Counted from the first letter of the whole stretch, positions 23,728-38,330 are shown. The stretch is 63,915 nt of DNA, filler included, from Reticulomyxa filosa (GCA_000512085.1; 12 parts of 12 records of this genome joined end to end with filler, not necessarily neighbours in it); one strand, 5' to 3'. Numbers and translations are program-made. The notes: generated from the sequence alone by a model not told the origin.

Positions 23728-25179
23728 ATCATAATAATGCTGTTCAACGCATATGCTGTGATCCCAATGGCAACTTGGTTGTATCTGTTGATGTGACCGG
23801 CGAAATCCGCTTTTGGGCGCTTTGCGAGATGGACGGCAATGCCAATGTGTCGCTGCAGTGCACGTACAAAGCGCAACTGCCGATGTTCAGCCAGTTTGAA
23901 AATAGCAGCGCCTTGAGCATCGGCTGCTGTGTCGCGTTTTCGGATGATGGACGCTACTGTGCAGTCGGAGGAAGTGTCGATGCTGTGGGTGCATTCGGTG
24001 TTGTTTATTTGTTTGAAATTACTCACGTTTCGTAGTTTTTTTTTTGAGTGATCAAAAAAGATAACATTTGCTGACGAATAATTATTACCAATTGCTATTT
24101 AACACTTTTGGTGTTGTTGTTGTTGTTGTTTGTTCTTTTTTTTTTTTCTCGGTATAAAAATTTGCACACAGGGCAAACCATCTTTTTCGAAAGGATTTGT
24201 AAGCTCAGCTTTAACGATCTTTGAAATGCCGACGAAAGAAAGAGACGAAGAACAAGTAAAAAAGCAGGCTCGTTGCTGCGTGTATGCCAAAGTGCTGTCG
24301 TTGCGATTCACGTCGGACAACACGGTGTTATTGGCTGGAGATTGCAAATCAAACTTGGTCGTGTTCGAAAAACAGTCGGACACGGCGTGGGTACAATCCA
24401 AAATTGTACGTGTGACTTGCCAATCGACGCCGTTGCAAAGCATTTGTGTATATAAAAATGAACATATTTTCGTAGCCAATGGTAGCTGTCAGTATTTATA
24501 TCACTGCTTACTAATGGACGTCTTGTCGAGTCACAAGAAAAAAAATAAATGTCAAAAAAATAATAGCAAAAGTAATGTCAATAATAGCAATAACAATAAC
24601 AATAGCAATAGCAATAACAATAGCAATAGCAATAACAATAACAATAATTATAAAAATAAAAGCAAGTTGTCACTATTCCAACCATTGAAAAGACATCGCA
24701 GTGACAAGTTGGAAGCGTTGCTGCTTGAATGGGATCCTTGTCGTGATTGTCTTTATGTATGCAGTCGTAAGGTCACTTGCTATCAGTTCCTTACAAAAAG
24801 TTTAGAGTTGAAAAAACTTAATACTGTCGTTGAACAATGCCATGACAGAAAAGACTGGATTGCTACGTTATCTATCAAATCGATGACACATCAATCCCTC
24901 TTAATCATGAGTCGTAGTGAAGATCACATGTTCCGGTGCAAGCTGCCCTTTGTTACATTGGTCCATCAGCATGATCATCACGACAATACAAAAGAAGAAT
25001 GGAAAAGTATTCAACCTTTGTCGGATACTTCTGAACCTTATCAACACTGGCCCGTTGTTGACTCCCAGTTTGTTTGTTCTCAGAGTGACCACGTCGTTGT
25101 TACGTGCTTTCAAAAAATGAATCCCAAAACAAACAAAATCCTTCCACCTTGCCTTGTTCTACATTCTTTATCTTTGTGA
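23728..25179 (+). CDS. Beta-propeller (divergent WD40-like) protein, 5'-truncated, with Asn/Ser-rich insertion
   Basis: VVSVDVTGEIRFW, CVAFSDDGRYCAVGG and LRFTSDNTVLLAGDCKSNLVVF are propeller-blade-like. A poly-N/S tract lies at ~24560-24650. Stop at 25179. Confidence 0.55.
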
Positions 25180-26253
25180 GAAAAGCCATTCATTTCTCTC
25201 TTTTTTTTGTTTTGTTTTTTTAATTGTTTCCAATTTTGTTGTGTCTAATGATTGTTCATTACTTATTCCTTGTTATTGTGTTTGCTATTATGTTGTTATT
25301 TCGAGTTATTTCCATGTCTTTTAATTATCTGTTTTCATGTGTGTGTGGCAAAGTTTTTATTTTTTTATTTTTTTCCATTTTGTTTTTTTAAGTTTGGCAG
25401 TAAGACATAGTGATGCTTGTCGAATCATGAAATACTTGAAGTTGATTAATAGGAGAATACTTTGGTTTTTTTTTTTGTTCTTTTTTGTTTGTTGCAATTG
25501 GGGTTTTTTGTTTTGTTTTGTACTCCCTTCTATTTTACAGTGTTCAATTGAACTAGTTTTTTCAAGAGTGCACTGGTTAGAGATTTTGGTAAAAAATGTT
25601 GCTGTAAGTCCTTTTGTGTTCCTCAACCTTCCTGTTAAAAAATCCTTTTGATTCGTGTCTTTGATCTGAATCCAATATTCCAGTCATCGAATACCGCTCT
25701 AGAAAAAACTGTGGATCTAATAAATGATTCACATGGACATATTTGCAACAATTTAAGCCTAATTTGTTGAATTTTCTTTAATTTCTCTGCTGCAATTACA
25801 CCCAAAAAGTTTTCTAAATTTTTAATTGATGCAAAACTGTGGTATTTAGCACATCAATCAAAAAAATCCGCATATAGTTGCACAATGAGATTGTGAATTG
25901 AGACCACTTTTAATTTTTATTTTTTACGTGCAAGCACTGTAGGAAGGAAATACCACAATATGAAAGCAAACAGAAATGACAAAATGCACGACAATGAAAA
26001 AAACACACAAAATTTGGAAAACAGTGCAAAGAGAATAAAAATAAAATAAAAGACAAAACAAAACAAGGAAGAAAGATTGGACAAAAACAATGGACAAGTT
26101 CGTAACAGAAAAAGATGACAGTAGTTTACTGTCACAAACAATTGCAAAGTAAATCCACCAATTTCCCTCCTTACTCCCGCCCCATCCTTCAAATTTCACC
26201 TCTCACCCACACAATCTCTTTATTATTTCCTTCCCACTTAGCCACACCAAATA

Positions 26254-28676
26254 TCACTTGAATTTTGTCCTACTTCCCACCTGCCTCCAGAGCATTGGCG
26301 GTTCGCAGCCACAACATTTTTGTTCTTCTAATTGTACCTTCAAGTTCTCATTTTCTTCTCTGATTTTGGAAAACGCTCTGAGCTCTTTTTCTAGATCTCT
26401 CAAGCGATCATCTTTCTCTCTAAGAGCAAGACGTGCCTCGTCCAACAACGTGGAAATGCGTTGTTGTTCTTGCTTGTTGCTTTCTTCATAGCTTTGCAAT
26501 TTATCGTGCGAGTCTTTGAAATGATTGATTTCGCTTGTCAACTGAATGAGTTCGAGATTTTTTTTGTTTAACAATAACTCCATACTTTCTCTTTCCGAAG
26601 AAATTCTTTGAACTTCTTGTTTCAAATCTTTGTTTTCAGAAGTGGCATTATCCAAGTCTTCTCGTATCTTTCGTACTTCAGATTGTAAACTTTTAATTTT
26701 TTCCACGTCTTCGGGATTGGACATGCTCCCGCTTTCCGAATTTCCCCAATTGCTTTGATTTTTTAATTTTTTGATTTCAAAGTCTTTGGCTTTCAAAATG
26801 CTGTCCATCTCCGACACGTTTCTACGTAGCAACTCCAACTCGCTGTTGCCTTTGTTTGCACCCACCCCACTCATTTCCAGTCGTTTTTTGAAATCTTTGA
26901 GTTTCGACTTCAATACCTCAATGTTATCCTCTTTTTCTTCGCACTTATCGGCCAGCTCTTTCTTAAGTTTTTCCAGGCGTTGACACCTTTCTTCCAGCAA
27001 TTCATTTTGCGTGCGAAAGTTGCTCAGCTGGCGTTTCATGGCGTCCATTTCTTTTTTGTTTTGGTCAACCATCGAGATTTGCTGTTCATACGATTTCAAT
27101 TTTAGCACAGCATCGTCCCCTTGCGATAGCAATTTGTTGTTCAATTGCTCCACTTTGGTGTTCAACGTCTCCGTTTTTTTCGCTAAGCTCTCATTTTCGC
27201 GAGAGTAGCTTTCCACTTTCGAATTCTTTTCATTCAGATCCTTTGTCAAGTTGTCCACTTGTTCCTGCAAGCTCTTTATCGACACCTCAGTCTTTTCCAA
27301 GTCCACTTGCAAGTCCACTATTTGTTGATCTCTTTCTGCCAGTCCATCTTTCAATTTTTGCGAGTGCATTAGCGTTATGGTTTCCTCTGCCTAAATATAC
27401 ACATATATGTATATATTTATGTATATAATCCAAAAAAAAAAACAACACCAACTTCTTTGCCTCGTTGATTGAGCAACTCAATTTCATTAATCTTATGCTT
27501 TAATTGCATTTGAAGGTCATCAATGGTCAGATCTCTCTTTTCCAATTCCATGTTGACAGTCCTTTGCTTTTCTGCTGATTGTTCCACTTCTTTTTCCAAC
27601 GTCTCGATTTTTTGCTTGTATTTTTGGACCACTTTTTCCGAATGCTCCAACATCGCCGTCAGCTTCGCCACTTTGACTTCGATCTCTTCGTCCTTCTCTT
27701 GCAACTTTTGTTCCTTTTCTTCCATTTCCTCTTGAATCTTTTTAATCGCTGCATACTCGCCCGACATTTCTTCTTTGAACCGGTCCAATTCTGTCGTCGT
27801 CTGGTCTAATTTTTCGCGCTTCATTTCGATGTCCCTTTTCAAGTTGTCTATTTGCTGTTCCAGCTCCTCGTTCGTCCCTTCCATCTCCTTCTGTTTCTGT
27901 TCCAGATCCCTGCGCTCCTTCTCCATTTTGCTCAAGTCCTGTCTCAACCTGCTTGACTCACTTTGGGCCTGTCCTTTCAAGCCAAAAAAGAAAACCACCC
28001 CGCGCCGATTGTTTTTTACAAAAAAAAGAAGGGGGGGGGGTAAAAGATTGATTTTAAAAAAACAAAAAAATAATAATGAAAAAGGGGGGCGTAAATTATT
28101 TTACACACTTTCAAAAAAAAAAAAAAAGAATGATGACACATATAAACATATACATACATACATATAAACATATATGGATTTAAATTGAATAAATAATAGA
28201 AATAACTTTTTGGACATCCTCCAGTTTTTTCATGAGTTCTTGTAATTTGACTTGCAAGCTGCTGACTTGGGCCTTTAATTTGGCGTTTTTGGCCGGACAA
28301 GGCGGTGATGCGATCGGCCATTTCTTTGGTCTCTTTCTTTGCCTTGGCAGCGTCTTCAATTTGACGCGTCGAGTTTTTCCATTGGTTTTCCATTTCGTCG
28401 TGTATTTTTTGCAGACTGGCGGCTTTGGACTTGAGCTTCGCATTCTCTTCGGAGACCATGGCGAACCGGCTTTCCACGTCCTGCAGTCGCAAGAACATGT
28501 CGTCTAGCTTTTTCTGTTTCGCACTTATTTCCAGTTCTTTTTTCTCCATGTCGAATTCCAGTCGTTGGATTTTCCGTTGCGACACGACATTTCGCCCGCC
28601 GTCGTCATCGTCGTCTTTTTCTTTTTTTTGTTTCAGCGCACGAGCCAAGCGTTGTTGCAAATTATTATTTGCTTCC

Positions 28677-28680
<4 letters not shown>
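26254..28680 (-). CDS. Long coiled-coil protein (myosin-tail/tropomyosin-like heptads), 5'-truncated, at least 3 exons
   Basis: ORFs 28016-28660, 27417-27998 and 26254-27369 are E/K/Q/L-rich heptad repeats separated by homopolymer-rich introns. There is a frame slip near 28290. Confidence 0.75.
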
Positions 28681-28709
<29 letters not shown>

Positions 28710-28899
28710 GGGGGAAAGGAGGGGGGGGGGGGTGTCANNNNNNNNNNNNNNNNNNNNNNNNNNNNNNNNNNNNNNNNNNNNTTAATTAATTAANNNNNNN
28801 NNNNNNNNNNNNNNNNNNNNNNNNNNNNNNNNNNNNNTTGAAATATTATTGACAAACAATATATTGGTCTTTGTAAAAAGAAGTTGCCAAGTCTTGCTT

Positions 28900-29553
28900 G
28901 TTGTGGAACAGACTGAGCGATTTATTTTCTCTTGAGTGTTTGTTTTTCAAAGCTCTGATAATCAATATTTTTCGTGAAAAAAAGCAGATGTGATTTTGCT
29001 TATCATATAAGCGCGTAAAAGACGGATCTTGGCAATGTCTAGGTTAGCACTATTCACTATTCTCCTTCAATTGTCCATTTTTAGGATCACTTGACTACTT
29101 TGATATTTTCAACTGTTGGCAATATAAAAATACACGATTATATATATACATATATATATATATACATCATGTAATATTTAAATTGGGAATATGGTTACAA
29201 ACAAACAAACCAAGTCAGTTTGGGGTTTTTGAAAGATTGTTCAATATCTTTCAATGCTGTAACATTGATGTGTTCCACTGCTTTCGGCGATCAATTCGTC
29301 CAGAGTCATTGATGTTCTTTCTGATCATTGCCAATCATCTGTGTTTTCACTACATCGTTTATACTGCTGTCTTTTTTTTGGCTTGCGTTCTTTGATGAGT
29401 TTTAATTTTTGAATATTTTCCAGCTGTTTCATTATATATATTTCAAAATACTTTTCAACGTATTTATTAAGTCTTTACTTGTCATTGTCTGATGCCTCCT
29501 CATTTCTACCATTGTTGTGCTTTGATCCGACGGCAATTGTAATGTGTCTTTTC

Positions 29554-29584
<31 letters not shown>

Positions 29585-31630
29585 TCGCTCTGTGTTTCTG
29601 TAGCCGCACCTCCAGAGTCTAGTTTAGTCATACTTGTATTATTTTGTCCTGCTATTTATTCTTACTATTACCTGAAGTTCTTCATCTAATCAATTCCATG
29701 TTTCTTGCACATGAGGTTTTTTCTTTTCCACACTTGCTCATGACAAAAACAATTGTCAATGTCTTTGAAAAAATACTCCATTTTTATTAATTCTTCTGCA
29801 CTGACACAATGCTTGGGCCTCTTTCACGGAACAACGGCTTAAAAATCATTCAAACAATTGTTATCATTTTTTTTGATAAAATAATGTACTATTTTTTTTT
29901 TTTAATAACATAAAAAAAAAAAATTTGTGCACTTACATAAAAAAAAAAAAGGAGAGGTGGTCATTATCAGAAATACCTACTATAATGATTTTTATTCATG
30001 TTGTATTGTTTCCAAATCATATGCTTTGTAAACAACACCAAAAGCATCCTTTCCAATACGAGTGTTCATACGCCATAGATAACAAATATATATTTCTTTT
30101 TGTTAGTGTAAAAATATGATCAATGATAATTGATTCAATTATTACTAATTTAGCATGCGTTATTGTTTATATTAATTTACATATCTTTTTTTTCCTATTA
30201 ATTCTCCCCCAAAAACTGAGAAAACATAGGGGAATATTTACATATTTTCCATCCGCAATTTGAGTTGGGATTTGTTTAGGAGTCTCTTTTGCTTGACACG
30301 AATTTCCAGAGCCTGCTTTGCTTTCTTCTTTGTTGCCACTCTTTGGAGCACATTTCGTGTGAAAACCTTTTATTGTTGGGAAAGTTTCTCTCCTCAAACA
30401 TAGTCTGCTTAAATATTTTTTGGGGACTGGTACCTTTTTTGTCATTGTCGTCAAAACAGATTTTTTTAAAAAATTTCAAATACAGCACTTTTTTTTCTTG
30501 TAGCTGTGCTTGTTGTAATCAATGGAAATATTCAAATTGAATGAAAAAAAAACTTTTCTATTTTCTAATTTGGCATAAAATATTTGGGATGTGGAAGGAA
30601 AAAAAAAAGGGATAAATCGATGTCTTCAAACAAGACGTACACAAAGGTGCATCTATTGCATATACAAGGAAAAAAAAAGATGATTTGTTCAGATTAAATA
30701 AAAAATCACAAAAATCTTCTCAATGGAACAATGTTTGAGACAAAACGAACAACATCAAAACAATAAGATCTTCCATTCTTGTTTTTCAACTGATTTCTTT
30801 TCTTTTATGCCTTTCTCTATCTCTTTGTCTCTCATTTCTAAATCATTTTCTGTTCATTACCAGCATTGATATAATCTCTTTTTCATTTTTTGTTTTGGAA
30901 TATTGGTATCAACCATAGGCAATATAACTTGAGCAATTTTTTCAAACAGATCGATGATCATTGGATCATAATTGTTTGTGACATATTCATTCGTCCAAGT
31001 TGCCTCCGCTCAACAGTTTATAGCAAAGCAATTTTTTTTTTTGATTGAGCGTCATTCAATAGATGGGACATATGTCGGTCAAATATTTTGTGATTGCTTT
31101 GCCTGTCACATTCTTTTTATTATCATAATTATCATCTTCTTGTTTTTCTTGTTGTTATTTTCTTGGTTTTCTTTTTTCACTCCAAGTTTTGCATCGGTTG
31201 ACACCTTCCATATTCTTCAATTCAATGATAAGTGTCTTTGCCTGTTGAACATCAGATGATCGAGAACGAAAGATTGACATGACATTACAAACATTACTAA
31301 ATTGATTCAATTGTTGGTATCTATAAACAACAACAAACATATTTATGCGTATATTTTGCTATAGTACCCCTATACTTACGTAATCTCTTCAAAAAAAAAA
31401 AACAAAGACGACGATTCATCGATTGTTGTACTCCTTCTGCATTTCACGATAACTTTATAATTCCTTTCAATACTTTCATTCAAACGTATTTGAGTGTTCC
31501 ATTCAGTCATTATCGCCGACAACAATGTTGATATATTATTTATTACAATAAAAAAATCACTGCACATTGTATGATGATATAAAATCGTGTTATCAAAACG
31601 TAACTGGGCAATTACTATGCTATTTGATGG
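28900..31630 (-). pseudogene. Degenerate multi-exon gene with protein-kinase remnants
   Basis: IGKDAFGVVYKAYD at 30016-30057 (subdomain I-like, Gly to Asp) and SAEELIKMEYFF at ~29767-29802 (subdomain XI-like). Multiple stops. No catalytic loop seen between them. Confidence 0.4.
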
Positions 31631-31759
31631 NNNNNNNNNNNNNNNNNNNNNNNNNNNNNNNNNNNNNNNNNNNNTTAATTAATTAANNNNNNNNNNNNNN
31701 NNNNNNNNNNNNNNNNNNNNNNNNNNNNNNTCATATGATTTATCCCCAAATATAGATTT

Positions 31760-32560
31760 GACCCTTTTTTGAAGAATAACATAAATGAACATTATGATCA
31801 TCTTTTACTCTTTTCTTTTTCAATGACGCAAATGTAAGACAAGATATTCCATTATCTTGTCTATCGTCTCCTTTGATTATATAACCAATATTCACTAATT
31901 CATTTGGTCTATATTTTACATTAAGTATATATTTTGTATGCTTTTTGAATGTATTAATAATTTGTTCGTTTCAATATCATATGTACAAATAGTTTGATCA
32001 AATGATCCAGAACAAAGTGTATACCCTGCCACTAATTACACCAATATTATTATTTTTGCTATTATTTTGCAATGGTGAAATATCAATACATGTAACACCA
32101 TCTTTATGCGCATTGAAAACACTTAATGTCCTTGATTCCTTGATATCCCATAAATGAGTAGTATGGTCATATGATCATAGCATAAATATCGACCACCGTT
32201 AAATGGTGAAAATGCAAGACTAGAAACACATTCTTTGTGTTCTTTTAATATTTGTAATTCTTTATTTTTGAAATCCCAAAAACGAATGATACTGTCAAAT
32301 GACATTTTGACCATTATTATGATAATAGTATAATGAAAATTTCACACAAAATACTTTATTTGAATGTCGATTGAATGATTGAACTTGTTTATTGTTTTCA
32401 ATGTCCCATACACGAACTGTTTTATTATATGATCCAGAACAAAGTAAATGAAAACAATCAAGTGTTGAATAATCAATACTAGATATCCAATCAGTATGTC
32501 CAATGAATGTACTGAGTAATTTGGTTGATGATATAAATGAAGGAAAGTTGACTAAGATAA
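31760..32560 (-). pseudogene. WD40 repeat pseudogene (expanded family)
   Basis: GHTDWISSIDYS, CSGSYNKTVRVWD, FSPFNGGRYLC and CSGSFDQTI, broken by frameshifts and stops. Confidence 0.8.
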
Positions 32561-34875
32561 TTTGTATTCTGATAATTGAGTATTTTTGATATTATCTTTT
32601 TTATCTTCGTTAGCATTCAAAGATACGAAGCTGTTCATATTATGTAAAGCTTGATTGTCATGGTTAAACTCTTCCAATGCTTGCGTGACGCTTCCAGAAA
32701 GTGGAACATCTTCTATTTGTCGTCTGTCAAACACAAAATGCAAACTCTTACTTTAACACTTTATTCGTCACAATGTGATAAAGCAATGACTCCAAGTTTT
32801 TTGGATGCCGTTCGTTGTCTACAAATTGCGGTTGAACTTTTAGATCGTCACCTTTTCTTGGAGATGCCTCCATAATTGATTATTTTAATTTTTTTTTGTA
32901 GTGGCATTGTGCAAACTGATTTATTATATAAACAAATGCTGTGAAGTACGTAATTCAATTATTATATGTACTTTTTCTAGTCCCTTTTGCGGGTCTGCAG
33001 AAAGTGGAATAATCTCAATCGTAGCCTTACGGCTAGATAAATCAACTTTCACTGAATGTTCATCTGTTGTATTACCACTCGGCCGCACTTCATTTCATCT
33101 CCAAGATCTATCTTTAAGTCTCCACACTTTTCGTCGCTCAGACCCACTTGGATACGTGTATTGTTCTATTTCGTTTCAAAACAGATTTAACTATTTTTTC
33201 GAAAAATCAGACATTTGCAAAAACAAATAAACAAAAAAAAATATTCAAAGTTATGTCGATATTCCCAGTCTCTTCTGGCATCTCGGAAACTAACACATCT
33301 CTGCTTCTATTCCTTTTTTTTGTAATCTCAAACTAACACTATAGTTCAATGTTCGGATACATGCACATACACTTTACCTATGAATTGGAGGGTCCATTCT
33401 AATCTTATACTGCTCAATTGCATAAAGTAATCTCGTTTTTTGCCTGATCTCAATCCGGTATTCGTGAACACTTATTCTCATTCTTTCTCTTTCAGTTTGG
33501 CCACTTCTTTCATGGACAAGCAGTCCATGTTGTCATGTAGCTCTTTCCAAACCTGAAGCGCCTTCTCCTCTTTTACAGACGCCGATTTCAAGAATAAATA
33601 TATTTCGTCAATATTCTCATCCATAATAATATTTACTTTTTTATAGGAAACCCTTTTTAGATAACTTTTTTTATCAATCTCATTTCTAAAAATTTAATTA
33701 CACTATTGACAAGATTCGTTTTAGCCGTAAGTTACTTTTAATTTTATCTCTTTTCCCAAAAAAATTATGATGCAAATCATCTAGATTAGTGCGAGTGACT
33801 TTTTTGCCGCACATTTGGTTGCTAATAAAATCTTACTTCCAACTAACAATATGAACTAATCATACTCACAAAAAGCTAAACTCGGAATAAAGCTATGCTA
33901 ATGCAAATCAAATTTATACATATACAAATATTTGATAGTATATAATTGTAAAAGACTATCTTTTTAGATTAATCATTATATTAAATACGTTTAAAAAATT
34001 ACCAAGACAATGCTTAGAATAAATTGTTGTCATCATGATTATTTAGATTTATTTTAAAAAATTATAAAATTTGACTGTAATTTGCATTGTTTTTTTTTTT
34101 TTGTCAAAAATATCAAAAGAAAATCAGAAATGCTCAAAAGATTATAAATTGTTCTTAGTTGTGAACGTTGTATTTACTAAAAAAAATTGAAAACGTTCGT
34201 ATATCTTTTTTTTTGAAGTTAATAATATGCAATTATTATTATTATTTTTTTTGTGATTTAGTTTGACTCGTTGCTTTAAAATAGATTTTTTTTAGCACTA
34301 AAAAAAAAAGCACATTGTCAAAAATCAGCTTGTATCTAAAGTCTGTACATTTCGAGTAAAATGTTTTCTTTTTGAATAAGGACAAAAGAACTACAACAAA
34401 TTAGCAAATGTGCACAACCACTTTGGATATCCACTAACGCATCAAATGTTGAAGCGATTTGCCCGAACCATTATATATCAATGTTTCAAAATTAGTCACA
34501 AGTATTCGACCAGCCAATTGTAGTTTATATTATTATTTGATGAGATAATGCGACGTACATGAAAATACAATTGGACAGCATTATTAAAGGTGATAATTCT
34601 AATTTTGAATTCAATTTCAATAACTGAAGCGAGCTTTATTTTTTCCAAAGAAATTACATTTTTGAAATACATTTCAATGACGGTAAATAAAATGAGTACA
34701 ATAATAAGAATTGAGTATATCTGAAATTGTGTTTGTTTTATGACAAATATTAAATAAATTCTTATCGGAATTTTGATTGGATAATTTGAAGCATTTCATC
34801 AAAAACAAAGGGACCAAGAGGTGAGATTGAATATATTTAATTTAATTTCTTTTTTAAATATAAAAAAACGTATGG

Positions 34876-35575
34876 CTTCGTGAAGACCTTAACAGGCAAA
34901 ACCATAACCTTAGACGTTGAGCCTAATGACAAGATCCAAGACAAGGGAGGCATCCCATCAGAATTGGAAGATGGAAGAATTTTAAGTGATTACAACATCC
35001 AAAAGGAAAGCAAGTTGCATTTGGTGCTGTGTTTACGCGGTGGTGCGATGAAAATGTAAGTGGTTGTTTTTTCATTTTCCGAAAATTTGGCAATCTTTAT
35101 TTATTTATTTGTAATCATAATTAATAGTAATAAATATGTGTACGTACAGCTTCGTAAAAACCTTAACTGGGAAAACAACCAAGACAAGGTATGCCTCCAG
35201 AGCAACAAAAATTAATATTTGCCGGGAAAATAATTGAAAGGTGGAAGACCTTTGAGTGATTATAACATACAAAAAGAAAGCACGTTACATTTGGTGCTGC
35301 GTTTAATGAGAGACGGTGCCATGCAAATGTAAGTTTTTATGTTTTGAACTTTGTTTTAAAAATAGTTTCGTAAAGACTTTGACCGACAAAACTATTACCT
35401 TATATATTGAACCCAATGACATAGTCCAATACGTCAAAGCGAAAATTCAAGATAAGTGAAGAATTTCCCCCCTGAACAACAACGCTTAATTTTCGCGGGG
35501 AAATAATTAGAAGATGGTCGCACGTTACACTTGGTGTTACGTTTGCGTGGTGGTTTGTATCCTCATTCTAAATAA
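34876..35575 (+). pseudogene. Polyubiquitin pseudogene, 3 degenerate monomers with Rhizaria-type Ala insertion at the junctions
   Basis: [49 protein letters not shown], ..G-A-MQI, final LRLRGG-LYPHSK*. Introns 35056-35149 and 35329-35365 sit at the same codon of each monomer. Internal deletions and in-frame stops are present. Confidence 0.92.
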
Positions 35576-37789
35576 TAAACACTAAGAACTTGGCACATAA
35601 TAAAAATTAGTAATATTTTTTTAAATGTGGATTTTTAATATTTTTTTTCCAATTGTTAGTCGTTTTTTGTTAAAAAAAAACCAAACTTAAAAAAATTTTT
35701 ATCCAAAAACTTTTTATTTTCACTTACACTCCCTTCACGATCTGTCGTGACTTTAAAAACTTACAATTCAGAACTTTTGTACATCGTCAGCTTGACGAAC
35801 GTATAAATACCACACTTACGTATGATTTCACATCAAATATTAATTATTTTGTCCAAAAGAAGACGAAAACAAGCCAAATACTTCAGGCAACATTTGAAGA
35901 TAAACTATTCGAAGTTATGATAATTTTGAGCATCCTTTTTTTTTCCGTTCTGAAGGAGCAGTGAAAAAAGTTTTGTATTATCAAGTGATAAAAAAGGAAT
36001 TTATTGTCTTCTTCTCTTTAAAGACGCTGAAATTTGGTTTTTTTTAATGCTTTTTTTTATCATTTCACATAATGATTCCAATTTTGAAACCCAGGAATCT
36101 CATTGTTGTTTTTCATTTGTCACAGTTTTCAAAATATAACTTTTTTCCCTTTTTTAATTTGATGACTTATGCATTGATATAAAATAAAAAAATGATAATA
36201 TTACAATAATCAGTCATCATATCAAATTTTACATCAATTATTTTTTAAAAAGCAACAGAATGAATAGTCTTTGATATTCACAAATATTTAAGGTTATGGA
36301 TCATTTTATTGAAATTTTGTACATTTTTTAATTTTTTTGATTTTAAAAAATTTGGATTAATAATGTGATCTTTGGTGTATTTTGATTTGTTTTGTGAAAT
36401 AAAGATTATATCAAATTGTCAATCAAAACAATGAGCTTAGTCCTAGTTTTTTATTTTCGAAGATGTAATGTTTGTTTATACATTCTTTTTTTTGACGTTT
36501 AAATAAAACTACAGACTCGAACAACTATGCATTTTGTGGATATATTTTTATAGAATGGATTCTGCAAAATTATTATTCTTTTACAAATTCTTTAATGGCA
36601 TATGTTAATCTTTTAGCTTGAGTAATTATGTTTGTCACTTTAATAAGTAGTGCGTTCATTGTTGTAAGACAATTACAACACACTTTGCAAATGTTATGCA
36701 AAAGCAAATATCAAACAGTCTCTTTCCAAACTGGAAATTGAAAAATGTAGTTTAAATCTTATCAGCTGCAATATTCATATCTTTAAAAAATATTTTATGA
36801 TTTCTAATTTTATAACATCTTTTGCATCCAAACAAGTGTTATATGAAAGGAAATAGCTCTTTTGAAACAAAAGTTAAATTAAGAAAATAAGTTTGATTTT
36901 GTAAAAGAGTTCCCTTAGAATTTGCTAACACCGTATAGTCTATAGAGAGAATCATTATCAAAAATGATTTAGAATTTTTAGAAAGATAAGAAATACAAAG
37001 ATTTGTTATCAGAGTGTACTATACTTTTTTCTTTTCATTCATTGCTACAGCTATAGCCACAGAGTCTAACAATAGCTTTGTGAAATTTTATTTCTTTATT
37101 GTCCATGAATAACAGCAAATTGTACTTTGCCATTTTTAGTATAATTTTTTCTATTGTCACGTTTTTGATTTTGTTACTTCAAGATAATGAAAGAGTTAAA
37201 CAAGTTATCATTACTTATTTGATTCTTGAAGTGATGAAAAAAATCAAAGAAATATTTACAATTCTTATGAGTAAGCTGAACAATTTTCTTTGATTAAAAT
37301 TGTTGAATAATGATATGTTACTCAAATTCACAATTCTTTGATCAAGTTTGTTCAATATTCTGAAGAATCAAAATTTCAACATATAATGACTCATCCATAA
37401 GCCCAAGAATTTTATTTACAAATCAAATTATTATTTCTTTGCAAATTACATTTTTGAAATACTTTTTTGGATACCATTTTAGATAGTAATTTCAAATATG
37501 TGAATTTTGCTATAAACAAGAACTAAGAAATAACTCAAAAAATTTGTATCAACTAGTTAAGTAAAATACATTTTGAAAGTTGGTATTTAAAGCAGTTTAT
37601 TAATGAAAAACCTATTTGGAAGAACCAAAATTACTTGTGAATAAGATTGAAATTCAATTTTTTTAAAAATTCTATTAATAAAAAGTTATAACTGAATAAA
37701 TTATCAAATGTCAAAAAAATTTTACAAATTTATTTTTTATTGATAAAAAAATGTATCAAGTTTTTTTTTAATCATTAATATCATCATCA

Positions 37790-38330
37790 TTATTTATCCA
37801 AAGCCAACGCATATAACAATTTAGGAGCTGACTGTGTTAAGAGTGGAAGAAATAATGATACAATACAATACCAGAAAAAGTCATTAAAAATAATTGCTTA
37901 TTTGTACAACTATTTGGGAATTTCGTATGATAGTCTTGCACAATTTGAGAACGCAATTACATATCAGATTAAAGGTGTTCACTAGCGGCGATAACTGGAT
38001 CGCTTATTCGTATGGCCAATTAGGATTTGCTTATGGTCATAAAGGGTATTATCAAGATCAGTTTGAATGCTATGAAAAAAAATTAAAAATTAAAACATAT
38101 ATTCTTGGGAACACGCATAGTGAAATTGGATTTGCTTGCGAAAATAATGAACAGTACGACAGCGAGATCAAATATTTTGAGGATTCATTGAAGATATATA
38201 AAAAAATACTTGGAAAAGTCAATGTTAAGATCGCTAGGATAAATTTTACTTAGGTCAGACATTTGAAAAAAAAAAGAGATATTCAAATCGCACTCAAATA
38301 TTGTAAAGAAGCGTGAAAAACATACAACAT
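37790..38330 (+). pseudogene. Tetratricopeptide-repeat (TPR) gene remnant
   Basis: AYNNLG..V.SG....AIQYQKKSLKI-like segment, IAYSYGQLGFAYGHKGYYQDQFECYEKKLKI and QYDSEIKYFEDSLKIYKKILG, with frameshifts. Confidence 0.7.

Noticed and set aside
32560-33620. Possible decayed gene or transposon fragment upstream of the WD40 pseudogene
   Set aside because: Composition is coding-like, but no diagnostic motif was found.
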